A stretch of DNA of 64,000 nt from Omnitrophica WOR_2 bacterium GWF2_43_52. GTDB lineage: Bacteria; Omnitrophota; Gorgyraeia; Gygaellales; UBA12090. The stretch spans positions 74,613-138,612 of the forward strand of contig MHGF01000022.1 in NCBI GenBank assembly GCA_001805445.1. The letters run 5' to 3'. The notes under the pieces are model-generated. The model did not search any database. It was not told where the DNA came from and saw only the letters and a program-made list of their open reading frames with translations. A program made the position numbers and the translations under genes. Of this stretch, positions 9,428-18,825 are shown piece after piece (the first letter of the stretch is position 1; the number at the start of each line of letters is the position of its first letter).

Positions 9428-12400
9428 TTATACTTTATCCGATTCCAGGGCAATAAGCAATCCCTTTAGGGAGGGTTCGGTGGCAGGCAATTTTTCATCC
9501 TCTTCCTCGCGCCGAAGGATATCGGCAAGCATAGCGCGAACCTGGTCTATTCTCTCTTCAGAGAGCGGACTGGCCACAGCTGCTGCCGTGTATTCGCCAA
9601 TGCGCTGGACAGACGGCCGGATCCCGGCGTTAAAGACAGCTTGAATTTGAGACCATTCTTTATCCAAATCCGACTTAGGGGTTATAGACAGCGGCCTAGA
9701 GACTAAAGACTGGAGACTTTGAATTTGCTGGGTTTGGATAGGTAGGGCGGCAAAATCGATGCCACCCTTGTCATCGCTGACTGATGAGGAGCTTGTTGAA
9801 TCCAAACTAATCTTATATACACCACCTTCATCAGAATAAATAATCACGGTTGATTCATTAATTACTTCTATCTTTTCTGGAATAATTGACAAACATGGCC
9901 AAACATTCAGGCTATTACTCGCAAAACGAATTGGCTTACCAACATAGGCAGAGGTCATAGGATCCCATAATTCTCCTTTGAGCTTTGTATTCGGCCTTAC
10001 TCCTTTTAATTCTTCTTTCTTCCAAAAAGTATTATTTTCGTCACTTCCACCGACTAATTCTAACGTGACTTTTGCATCCTCTTTAAATTTCTCGAAAACT
10101 TCTTCCTTAGATACGTTTCCTTTCTCTGGTTCCAACAAATAATTATATTGCTTACCAAAAAACAGCACGTTTCCTAAATGCTTAGCCACCTCGGCGAACC
10201 TGCCTAAAGAAGGCTTACAGGCACGTGCAGAATTAAAAAGATATTCTGCCCCTGCCACTGCTACTGCCTCTTTGGGTGTAGTTTTCCAATATTGCGTATA
10301 TCTTTTCAAGGCAACATTTGCATCTTGATATTTAGAATCGTTCTTCAATTCTTCATAACTATCTTCGCCCACGTAACACACCAGCCTTCCGCCATCTTCT
10401 CGATACACCCAATCTCCGTAATTAAAATCGCGAATCTCAGTATAATTCCCTTTTAACTCTCTTTTCAGCTCATCTAATGTCTTCAACTTGCCATTATGAA
10501 ACGCGCCGTAAAACCCAGCTTTGCGGGTAATCTCAATCCACGCATCAAAAGACACTATCGGATTGCTATTCTTATCGCTTGAAAGTGATATTTTATGCAT
10601 AATCTCATGCCAAAATGTTTTGGCCAAGTCTATGAAATTATTCTCATTCCGGACACCATTGATAAATATCGTATGGACTGTTTTTTGGCCAACCCACCCC
10701 CCAGCATTAACATCCAGCTCCGCAAAATCTATTTTTATGGGTATTTTTATCTTTCCCAGCAAATCTTTCGGAAACGATCCTAATATCTTTCTTACGTCTC
10801 CAAAACGTGATGGTGCCACATAAGAGAGAAATTCTATGTTTAATCCTTCCCTTATATCTCGCACTAACAAGAGATAACCCTCAAGGTCTTTTATGGTTTG
10901 CGAGTTATCAATTTTTCTCATACTGCCTAATTCAGACAATATCCTGCTTAACTTCTGAGAATCAATCCGACCGGACGTCTCAAATAGACCCTGTTCATTC
11001 TCTATATATAAATGCACCAGTTCTACCACATATTCATTAAATTCCGACCCTTTACTTTTAAGTATTTTCCCTAACAACTCTTTAGGGGACATCTTCTTTA
11101 TAGCCACTGCTTCCAAAAAATAAGTTTCCTTTATATGTTTAAGGAAAGACACATAATCTCTTAGACCAACCAACGCTACCAGCCTTTTCCTTTCCTTTCT
11201 TATTTCAGCTTCCGGCAATTCTGTATTTATCTGAACAATTACGTTATTTAACACATCCAGATTTATCTCATCGCTTTCCTTATTATCCTTCTGCTTAAGA
11301 TACTTAGCGATGTATTCTTTTATACCGTCATTCAGCCTTCCGGCACCTATATTCTTTTTTATAATCCATTTCACAAAATCTTCAAGAGATAACTCCCTTA
11401 ATTTTTCTGGTGAAGCTGCATATTTATCAAAATCGTGCTTTTCAAAACCTGCATTTCCCACCGCCGAGCTGGCGGAGGAACCATCTATAGGCAAATTAAT
11501 AATTTGTTTCCTTTCTACAGCTGAACTTACAGATAATAATTTACCTATTCCCCTATTATCTCTAACATTAGACAAATTAATCGCGCTTGTTTCATTAGGC
11601 ATAGTAAATGTTTCTTCTGTCATTACGTTAGTTAATGTAGCTGGCTTATAGTTATACTCAGCCATTACAAATTCTTCTCCGTCATGCCAATCTATAAAAA
11701 TCTTAGTCCCTTCATAACCCTCAGGCATATCACCAGTAAAACCAATCCAGAGATCTCTTTTTGTTTTTAGATTCTGGGCATAAAGAACATTCTCACCAGG
11801 GTCATATAGATATTTAAAATTCTCTTTATCCTTATCTTCACACACTTTCAGCTTGAAGGTGGCATGGGTTATAGGGTTAGTAACTTCTATTGTTCCATCG
11901 GCTCGCAATTCACTAAGTAGCCCCTGCCGCATTCTTAGTAAATGCTGCTCTCGCTCCTTCACTGTTTTTTCTTCTCCACCGGTGTCCTCAGAATAAAACG
12001 AGCAACCTCGAAAAATAGTGCGAAAAGGAGTTATATCTATGCCAGCCTCTATAAATTCTTTTTTCAACTCTGCTATAAACTGTGTGAGAAGAAAAGGAGA
12101 ATTTCTATACCTTGAAAAATATTCCTGCCGATGGTCTTTTCGAGCCGCGTCTGTAGAAGGATAGATAATGTCCCACAACAACTTCGTCTGAGGCTTAGTC
12201 GAATGATCGTTATCCTTAATTTCAAGGCTGTCATGAATTATTCTAAACAAAAATCTTTGTAATTCTGAAACCTTCAAGTCACTTGAAAGTAATCGGTCGC
12301 TATTAATGTCTTCTATCACTTTCTTAATATCACTCATTGTAATTGTGTTACCCCATTCCAGCTTTACGTCTGCGGAATCCTCTACCGCCGAGCTGGCGGG

Positions 12401-15400
12401 GGCAGGAGCACCTGTAGATTCATCTTGAAGCGGCACACCCCATAAATTAAGCACCTTTTCTATATCTCGAATATATTCTTCACCAATCTCTTTTTTAGGA
12501 TCGAGTTTAATCCGATCCTTTATTTTCTCTATTTGATCCCTCCAAGCCTTTATACGTGTTTCTAACTCGCCTATTTCAGAAGCAAATTTAAGTTCTTCTT
12601 CTAATATTCTCGGATGGGCATGTTGAAAAAAAAAGTTAAAGTCAGAATCAATAGCCCCTCTTTCTACAAATTTTTGCTCAAGTAATTCATGTAAAAATAC
12701 AGATTTTGTAGGAGAAATGCCTAATTCCTGACAAAACGCATGATAAGCCGCGGGAGAATAATATATGCCCTCCTTCTGGACAGACGGATGAAACATCCAT
12801 ACAATGGATGGTATGGATTCTGGGGCCATATATCTTGTAGCTTTTTCAATTTCATCCCATACTTTGCCTGCGCCACCCGCTAATTCCCTAACTCTTTTGA
12901 TCAATTCCGCAGATGCCCTATCCAACATAAACATCGTAATTCCTATTTTTACCTTAAAAACTCCAATTTCTTCTATAAATTTTTCAAGAGTCATTTTCCT
13001 AATTTTATCCTTGGAACCTATTTTGTTTTCAAGATATTCTGCGGTATCCTTCACCGCAGAATCTATTACATTGGAATCGGGTTTAGCCTTAGGCTGATTA
13101 TGAGCGCTGGCCATCTCCATTTGACTCACTACCTCTGCGATATTACGACTCTTTAAAGCACCCCAGATGTTTTTAGCGTCCAAATTATCTTTACTACCGT
13201 TTGCCAAAGTTACCAGAGACAGCTCCTTAGGCTCTGGATTCCGTCCAAAAAAGCTCATCAAAGAAGAAGAAGCTACTTTTTCTTTTTCACTTATTTCTTC
13301 CACCGCCGAGCTAGGCACATTATTATATGATTTTTCGCTATTGATACTATTTGTTCGATTTAAACCAACCCTTCTTACCATATCGTCTTCGGTAGGTAAC
13401 CTTTTTCCATGAACCCAAAGGGTAAGTCCTGGGTTCTTCTCTGTTATCTCCTTTAGTGCCGACTGATAATCCGGAACAAACATTTTGGCTGTCCAGCCTT
13501 CATAACCATATCCGCCAAAATAATCCAGATTAGTTACTTCTACTTTTTCTGAACTCTTTTTTACAAATATCAATTTTTTAGAATACTCGGCAAAAACTTT
13601 CTCTGCCTGATCCCTGAGAAATTCAGGGACTAAAATATAGTCTATATCTTCAAAACTGACTTCCTGAACACTCCAAGCTAAAGCACCACTTTTACCCGTA
13701 AGCAAGCCTATATCTTTCTTCTTAATAGTGTCAAATTGAGAGACAAAGAGAACAGAATGCATAACCCGCTCCTCCATCATTTCAGATAGAAGGCCATATC
13801 CATGAAGCAAACGTAAATCTTCCCCGTATCTTTCTGTAACAACTGGTAATACCGCATTGCCGTCGCGTCCATTATATAATGCGTCATAGGAAGTATTCAT
13901 AAATCCATTTCTTATTCCTTCTTTAGCCAATTCCTCTACATCTTCCAAAGATAATCCGGGGAGTCTATAGCTCTTATATATTTCCCCTGTTTGCTTAATG
14001 ATTACATTCCATGTCGTGCCATCATCTCCTTTCTCTAATGACAATGTAGGATTGATTATGACCCCATAAACTATAGGTGCTGGCGTTCGCGAGGATAGCG
14101 ACGTATCAACACGCAAACCTCCTCTTTTAATTTGCTCAAGTTGATAAACAATCTCGTCTCCGACCCGTTTCGAAATAAAAAATCCTAATTGCCTGCCTAA
14201 TGCCTTTGGAGATGACAACATACTCAAATCTACAGATAGAAGATAACTCAAAGATTGACCGCTGTGCCCGGTAACAGGATTGAATCTATCCATAATTATT
14301 CTATTTACCCTATATTCCCAATTATTAGCTGGAGATGTAAATTGAGAAACCGCCTTATCAATAAATATTGCCAGATTTTCTTTTCCTGCCCACTGAGCAT
14401 AATCTTTAAAAAGCTCTTCTAAATAGCTTAATCCTGCCACATCATTATTTTCTGTCCGCATAAATCTAACAACATCCTCTCCAGAGGTGCCAATACCAGC
14501 TGCCTTTCCTATGATTGTTGCTACACCATATTTGTTCAACGCTTCTGCAAATATTTTATAAGACTGCTCAATAATTGAAGATGAAGCTCTATCAGTTGCA
14601 AAGGACTCTATTAAAAATTTAGTTCTCGGAGGACTAATTGTCTTAGCAGGAATCTTAGAGATTGCGCTGCTAACTTGTTCCGTTCCAAACATCATCCCCC
14701 CGCTCATATACTTGCGGATACTCTGGCCCATAGGAGTATATATCGGCTCAGTGAGGTTGTATTCGCCATCTTGGAATGATTTCTGGTATTGCTGGAAGTA
14801 ATCTTGCTTGTCATACAGTTCTTTAGAAACCAAATTAGTCAAAGCCCCGGAATCTATGAGCTTGAAGTAATCATTGGCTTTTTCTGTCCTCTGTTCCCTG
14901 TTCTCTGTCATCTGCGAGCGAAAGCGAGCTTTAAACCACTGCGCCAAGATGAGCGAATAATACACCTGCCGAAGAGAAGCGTATCTCTTTGAGGTATTCA
15001 CCTGATAGGTAAGCTTAGGGATTACCAATTCTCTGATAAGCTGGGTAGAATATTCATTGAGCTCCTTTAGCCTTGGATCTTTGAAACTATAATTTATTAT
15101 CGTCCCTCGTCCTTCATCCTTCATCCCTCGTAAATAATCCTCCTCCAGCATCACTTTTAGGGTTGCTTTGTATATGTACGCATTATCAGGGGCTTCTCTG
15201 ATGATTATCTCATTGGGCACTATCCAGGGGCGGGTTAAGGTGGGTATGGTAATATTCTCCGTTCCAAATAATTCTTCTGCTTTCTTATAGAGTTTATCCC
15301 AGTAAACTTTTCCTTCAGGGTCTTGGGGTGAAGTAAAGTTTGCGGTGTCCTTCTTTAGCTGGACATCTGCTTCTAAGAATATCCTGCCGATATCAGTCAT

Positions 15401-15868
15401 TGCTACGTCATCATCTATGATGTTATCCGGTGAATCCGGCCTTAGGTTTACCCAGAATTTATCATTAGGCAGGCTTAAGCCGATAAAGAAGTATTTCAAT
15501 AGCTCTTTGGTAGCATTATTGAGCTCATTAGCTGGTGAGCTGGTTAGCTCATTAGCTAAATGGTTATCAAATTTAGTATCTCCTTTGTCTAACAATAGCT
15601 GAAAGTCATTGCTTTGGCTATCGTAGGAGATGTACCTTAGATGTAAGGGACGGAATTTGTCTTGGGGGATAACCGCATTACGGGCTTGGTTAAAGTAACC
15701 AGAAATATCCAGAGTCTGGGCTACTTGGGCAAAGCTGGTTTGCTCAAAGATAAGGCAGAAACAAAAGAAAAAATGGGCTATGCGCCCGCCACACTGCCTT
15801 GGCGGGCGTCCGCCTATGCTTTGTGGTGGACGTTGTGCGTTATGAGTCATGTCGAATACGATAGGCAA
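9428..15868 (-). CDS. Large modular secreted-type protein A (2146 aa)
   Basis: Signal-like segment ending SFAQ, about 390-aa N-domain and GGIDF C-domain shared with 26062-29616, and variable modules separated by SSAV linkers; one module has HEIMH. True start may be the ATG at 15850. Confidence 0.85.
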   Translation of the reverse strand: MPIVFDMTHNAQRPPQSIGGRPPRQCGGRIAHFFFCFCLIFEQTSFAQVAQTLDISGYFNQARNAVIPQDKFRPLHLRYISYDSQSNDFQLLLDKGDTKFDNHLANELTSSPANELNNATKELLKYFFIGLSLPNDKFWVNLRPDSPDNIIDDDVAMTDIGRIFLEADVQLKKDTANFTSPQDPEGKVYWDKLYKKAEELFGTENITIPTLTRPWIVPNEIIIREAPDNAYIYKATLKVMLEEDYLRGMKDEGRGTIINYSFKDPRLKELNEYSTQLIRELVIPKLTYQVNTSKRYASLRQVYYSLILAQWFKARFRSQMTENREQRTEKANDYFKLIDSGALTNLVSKELYDKQDYFQQYQKSFQDGEYNLTEPIYTPMGQSIRKYMSGGMMFGTEQVSSAISKIPAKTISPPRTKFLIESFATDRASSSIIEQSYKIFAEALNKYGVATIIGKAAGIGTSGEDVVRFMRTENNDVAGLSYLEELFKDYAQWAGKENLAIFIDKAVSQFTSPANNWEYRVNRIIMDRFNPVTGHSGQSLSYLLSVDLSMLSSPKALGRQLGFFISKRVGDEIVYQLEQIKRGGLRVDTSLSSRTPAPIVYGVIINPTLSLEKGDDGTTWNVIIKQTGEIYKSYRLPGLSLEDVEELAKEGIRNGFMNTSYDALYNGRDGNAVLPVVTERYGEDLRLLHGYGLLSEMMEERVMHSVLFVSQFDTIKKKDIGLLTGKSGALAWSVQEVSFEDIDYILVPEFLRDQAEKVFAEYSKKLIFVKKSSEKVEVTNLDYFGGYGYEGWTAKMFVPDYQSALKEITEKNPGLTLWVHGKRLPTEDDMVRRVGLNRTNSINSEKSYNNVPSSAVEEISEKEKVASSSLMSFFGRNPEPKELSLVTLANGSKDNLDAKNIWGALKSRNIAEVVSQMEMASAHNQPKAKPDSNVIDSAVKDTAEYLENKIGSKDKIRKMTLEKFIEEIGVFKVKIGITMFMLDRASAELIKRVRELAGGAGKVWDEIEKATRYMAPESIPSIVWMFHPSVQKEGIYYSPAAYHAFCQELGISPTKSVFLHELLEQKFVERGAIDSDFNFFFQHAHPRILEEELKFASEIGELETRIKAWRDQIEKIKDRIKLDPKKEIGEEYIRDIEKVLNLWGVPLQDESTGAPAPASSAVEDSADVKLEWGNTITMSDIKKVIEDINSDRLLSSDLKVSELQRFLFRIIHDSLEIKDNDHSTKPQTKLLWDIIYPSTDAARKDHRQEYFSRYRNSPFLLTQFIAELKKEFIEAGIDITPFRTIFRGCSFYSEDTGGEEKTVKEREQHLLRMRQGLLSELRADGTIEVTNPITHATFKLKVCEDKDKENFKYLYDPGENVLYAQNLKTKRDLWIGFTGDMPEGYEGTKIFIDWHDGEEFVMAEYNYKPATLTNVMTEETFTMPNETSAINLSNVRDNRGIGKLLSVSSAVERKQIINLPIDGSSASSAVGNAGFEKHDFDKYAASPEKLRELSLEDFVKWIIKKNIGAGRLNDGIKEYIAKYLKQKDNKESDEINLDVLNNVIVQINTELPEAEIRKERKRLVALVGLRDYVSFLKHIKETYFLEAVAIKKMSPKELLGKILKSKGSEFNEYVVELVHLYIENEQGLFETSGRIDSQKLSRILSELGSMRKIDNSQTIKDLEGYLLLVRDIREGLNIEFLSYVAPSRFGDVRKILGSFPKDLLGKIKIPIKIDFAELDVNAGGWVGQKTVHTIFINGVRNENNFIDLAKTFWHEIMHKISLSSDKNSNPIVSFDAWIEITRKAGFYGAFHNGKLKTLDELKRELKGNYTEIRDFNYGDWVYREDGGRLVCYVGEDSYEELKNDSKYQDANVALKRYTQYWKTTPKEAVAVAGAEYLFNSARACKPSLGRFAEVAKHLGNVLFFGKQYNYLLEPEKGNVSKEEVFEKFKEDAKVTLELVGGSDENNTFWKKEELKGVRPNTKLKGELWDPMTSAYVGKPIRFASNSLNVWPCLSIIPEKIEVINESTVIIYSDEGGVYKISLDSTSSSSVSDDKGGIDFAALPIQTQQIQSLQSLVSRPLSITPKSDLDKEWSQIQAVFNAGIRPSVQRIGEYTAAAVASPLSEERIDQVRAMLADILRREEEDEKLPATEPSLKGLLIALESDKV

Positions 15869-15999
15869 TGCCAGGCATAAACAAGTATCATTTTTACTTG
15901 ACTATGCCTGGCATTGTGCGGGGCTATTAGCTACCTAAAATATACTATATTTTAAGCCCAAAACAAGGCTAAAACAGGGGGTTTGGGAAAGCGCTTTCT
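14690..15999 (-). repeat. Long direct repeat, copy 1 (leader and N-domain of large protein)
   Basis: Alignable by eye with about 28430-29747, including the noncoding upstream region. Confidence 0.9.
15866..15916. repeat. Hairpin element CAATGCCAGGCATA, copy 1
   Basis: 14-bp perfect inverted repeat around a 23-bp core; other copies at 29614-29664 and 20695-20731. Confidence 0.9.
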
Positions 16000-16082
16000 G
16001 CAACCGCAGATTACGCGGATTTTGAAAAAAACAAGTCCGCGGATTGCGCAGATTGAAAGGGACGGTTGTTCCTATATATAGT

Positions 16083-16100
16083 TTGTGAAATCTTTCATAA
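16083..16100 (+). promoter_or_regulatory. Rex operator upstream of nuoA
   Basis: TTGTGAA-atct-TTCATAA versus the Rex consensus TTGTGAA-N4-TTCACAA (one mismatch); rex is encoded in the window. Confidence 0.75.
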
Positions 16101-16107
16101 TTTTTTC

Positions 16108-16137
16108 TTGACAGTCAATCTGCCTACATGCTAAGAT
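16108..16137 (+). promoter_or_regulatory. Sigma-70 promoter of the nuo operon
   Basis: TTGACA-18 nt-TAAGAT with TGn extended -10; AGGAG before the nuoA ATG. Confidence 0.65.
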
Positions 16138-16168
16138 TATTGAGTTTTTAACAGGAGTAAAACAACCT

Positions 16169-16528
16169 ATGTTATTAAATAGTTACAGCTATGCCCTACT
16201 TTTTTTGGCCGCGGGCACAGTCTTTGTCTTGGCCGCGTTTGTCACCTCATGGATTTTAAGGCCAAGCAAGCCAACCAAAGAAAAAATTACCCCCTACGAA
16301 TGCGGGGAATTTACTACAGGGACAAGCTTTGTCCAATACAATGTCCGCTACTATATTTTCGCCCTGATTTTCGTGGTTTTCGATGTGGAAGTGGCATTTT
16401 TACTCCCCTGGGCGGTTATTTTTAAAGACTGCGGGGCATGGGCATTCTTAGAGGCCGCGGTATTTATCTTTATCTTATTGGTAGGGCTGTTTTACGCTTT
16501 AAAGAAGAAGGCATTAGAATGGGTCTAA
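16169..16528 (+). CDS. nuoA: NADH-quinone oxidoreductase subunit A
   Basis: PYECG, FVVFDVE, LPWAV, ALEW. Confidence 0.97.
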   Translation: MLLNSYSYALLFLAAGTVFVLAAFVTSWILRPSKPTKEKITPYECGEFTTGTSFVQYNVRYYIFALIFVVFDVEVAFLLPWAVIFKDCGAWAFLEAAVFIFILLVGLFYALKKKALEWV

Positions 16529-17037
16529 TACAAAAACTGCCTCTATTTACCGAAAAGATTCCCGGAGGCCAAATCATTCTCTCCGCCACAGACTTTATCC
16601 TCAACTGGGCAAAGGAATCAAGTCTCTGGCCGATGTCATTCGGGCTTGCCTGCTGCGCGATTGAGATGATGGCAGCCGGAGCTTCCCGTTATGACTTAGA
16701 CCGTTTTGGCGCCGGCGTCTTCCGCGCTACTCCCCGCCAGTGCGACCTGATGATTGTTGCCGGCACGGTAAACCAGAAGATGTCTAAACGGCTTCGCCTT
16801 CTTTATGACCAGATGCCTGAGCCCAAGTATGTCCTGGCAATGGGCAGCTGCGCGATTTCCGGCGGCCCTTATTATTATGATAGCTATAACGTAGTAAAAG
16901 GCGTGGATCAGGTGGTCCCCGTGGATATCCATGTTCCCGGGTGCCCTCCCCGGCCCGAAGCGCTCCTCTTTGGCATTATGAAACTCCAGGAAAAAATCAA
17001 AAAATCAAGCCTTAAAGACGAAATTACCAAAAAATAG
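16519..17037 (+). CDS. nuoB: NADH-quinone oxidoreductase subunit B
   Basis: [24 protein letters not shown]; start reassigned to ATG 16519. Confidence 0.97.
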   Translation: MGLIQKLPLFTEKIPGGQIILSATDFILNWAKESSLWPMSFGLACCAIEMMAAGASRYDLDRFGAGVFRATPRQCDLMIVAGTVNQKMSKRLRLLYDQMPEPKYVLAMGSCAISGGPYYYDSYNVVKGVDQVVPVDIHVPGCPPRPEALLFGIMKLQEKIKKSSLKDEITKK

Positions 17038-17038
17038 C

Positions 17039-17482
17039 ATGGCTGACGCAATAGCAACTTTAAAAACTAAATTTCCCGCGATTACCGAAGAGGCAAATAC
17101 CCAATGCCTTATTCTTGAAAGCAAAGATATCAAAAATGCCTGCCGCTTCCTCAAAGAAAACTTAAGCTTTGAACAATTAGCCTGTATATCCGCTATAGAT
17201 TATAAGGACAAATTTGCCATAGCGTATAACCTCTATTCTTACACAACTAGAGAAAAAATCACTCTCAAGGTATTCTTGGATAAAAATAACCCCTCTGTAG
17301 AAAGCATCACTCCCCTATGGAGCGCGGCGAATTGGCATGAACGGGAGGCCTTTGATATGATGGGAATTACCTTTACCGGGCACCCGGATTTACGGCGCAT
17401 ACTCTTGCCCGACGACTGGCAGGGATACCCTTTAAGAAAAGAGTATACCAATGAAAACTTTGTCCGCATGCCTTCTATTTAG
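17039..17482 (+). CDS. nuoC: NADH-quinone oxidoreductase subunit C
   Basis: ANWHEREAFDMMGI.F.GHPDLRRIL...PLRK. Confidence 0.97.
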   Translation: MADAIATLKTKFPAITEEANTQCLILESKDIKNACRFLKENLSFEQLACISAIDYKDKFAIAYNLYSYTTREKITLKVFLDKNNPSVESITPLWSAANWHEREAFDMMGITFTGHPDLRRILLPDDWQGYPLRKEYTNENFVRMPSI

Positions 17483-17605
17483 TTAGTGCTGAAAAACTAA
17501 TTTCCACACAAATTAACACGAATAGATTTGTGGGAATTCGATAAAAATTCGTGGGAATTCGTGTTATCAAATACCTTTTTTAGTGGAAACTATTTAAAAC
17601 ACTCT

Positions 17606-18760
17606 ATGGACCTTCAAATACACACTGAAAATTTAGGCACACAAAATAAACCTCAAGCCGCTTTTGAAACAGAAGACTTTGAAGTCAGCTTTGGCCCGCA
17701 GCATCCCTCAACCCACGGGGTTTTACGCCTGCAATTAACCCTTGACGGTGAAGTCGTGATTGGCTGTGTACCCCATATAGGCTACCTCCACAGGGACTTT
17801 GAAAAAATCTGCGAAAACAGGACCTATACCCAAATTATTCCCTACACCGACCGCCTTGATTATCTGGGGGCAATGAACAATAACTTTGGTTATTGCATGG
17901 CGATAGAAAAATTAATGGGCCTCGCGATTCCTGAGCGCGCGGACTATATCCGGGTGATTATCGCGGAATTAAACCGCATTGCCAGCCATCTTTTGGCTGT
18001 CGGGACATTCGTTCAGGATTTAGGCGCGTTTGGCACTCCCCTGCTTTATTGCTTTCGCGAAAGAGAAAAAATCCTGGATATCTTTGAAAGCACCTGCGGC
18101 AGCCGACTTACCTATAATTATTACCGCATAGGAGGGGTATCCGCGGACATCCCCGCTGATTTTCAAAAAAAGGTAAAAGAATTTATAGATTATTTTAAGC
18201 CAAAACTCAAAGAGTATGAAGACCTAATGCCTCTTAATGCTATACTTCTGGTGCGCACCAAGGGTATCGGAATACTCAGCAAGGAAAAAGCGCTTGCCTA
18301 TGCTGTAACCGGCCCTAACTTGCGGGCAAGCGGAGTCAAATTTGACTTACGAAAGGAAGAGCCTTATTCTATCTATCCCCGTTTTGAATTTGACATTCCC
18401 GTAATAACTACCGGGGACACCTGGGATAGGCTCAGAATAAGAATGGATGAACTCTACCAGTCTCTGAGGATTATTGAACAGGCTATAGATAACATCCCGC
18501 AGGGAGAACATATTGCCAAGGTGCCAAAAATCTTAAAACCTCCGGCAGGTGAAATTTACTTCAGGTCAGAAAGCCCGCGCGGTGAGTTAGGATTTTATGT
18601 AATCAGTGACGGCTCAACTAAGCCTTACCGGCTAAAATGCCGGGCGCCGTCTTTCTGTAATCTGGCGGTGATTTCGGATTTAGTCAAAGGAGTAAAAGTA
18701 GCTGATGTCATTGCCATTCTGGGAAGCCTGGATGTAGTATTAGGCGAGATTGATCGATAA
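17606..18760 (+). CDS. nuoD: NADH-quinone oxidoreductase subunit D
   Basis: GPQHPSTHGVLRL, GYLHR, DRLDY, GEIDR; no NiFe CxxC motifs; start reassigned to ATG 17606. Confidence 0.97.
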   Translation: MDLQIHTENLGTQNKPQAAFETEDFEVSFGPQHPSTHGVLRLQLTLDGEVVIGCVPHIGYLHRDFEKICENRTYTQIIPYTDRLDYLGAMNNNFGYCMAIEKLMGLAIPERADYIRVIIAELNRIASHLLAVGTFVQDLGAFGTPLLYCFREREKILDIFESTCGSRLTYNYYRIGGVSADIPADFQKKVKEFIDYFKPKLKEYEDLMPLNAILLVRTKGIGILSKEKALAYAVTGPNLRASGVKFDLRKEEPYSIYPRFEFDIPVITTGDTWDRLRIRMDELYQSLRIIEQAIDNIPQGEHIAKVPKILKPPAGEIYFRSESPRGELGFYVISDGSTKPYRLKCRAPSFCNLAVISDLVKGVKVADVIAILGSLDVVLGEIDR

Positions 18761-18763
18761 CCG

Positions 18764-18806
18764 TAACAACCTACGAGGTTGAAATTTTCAACCTCGTAGG
18801 TTGTTA
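18764..18806. repeat. Doublet of the CAACCTACGAGGTTG palindrome
   Basis: taacaacctacgaggttgaaa-t-tttcaacctcgtaggttgtta. Confidence 0.85.
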
Positions 18807-18825
18807 TATGGACGTATAACATAAA

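Noticed and set aside
17528-17605. N-terminal extension of NuoD (also the extensions of NuoB, NuoI and TolC in the ORF track)
   Set aside because: These derive from repeats or overlap upstream genes; better downstream starts exist.
17606-18760. Group 4 NiFe hydrogenase large subunit
   Set aside because: No CxxC nickel-binding motifs; it has the NuoD quinone-site motifs.
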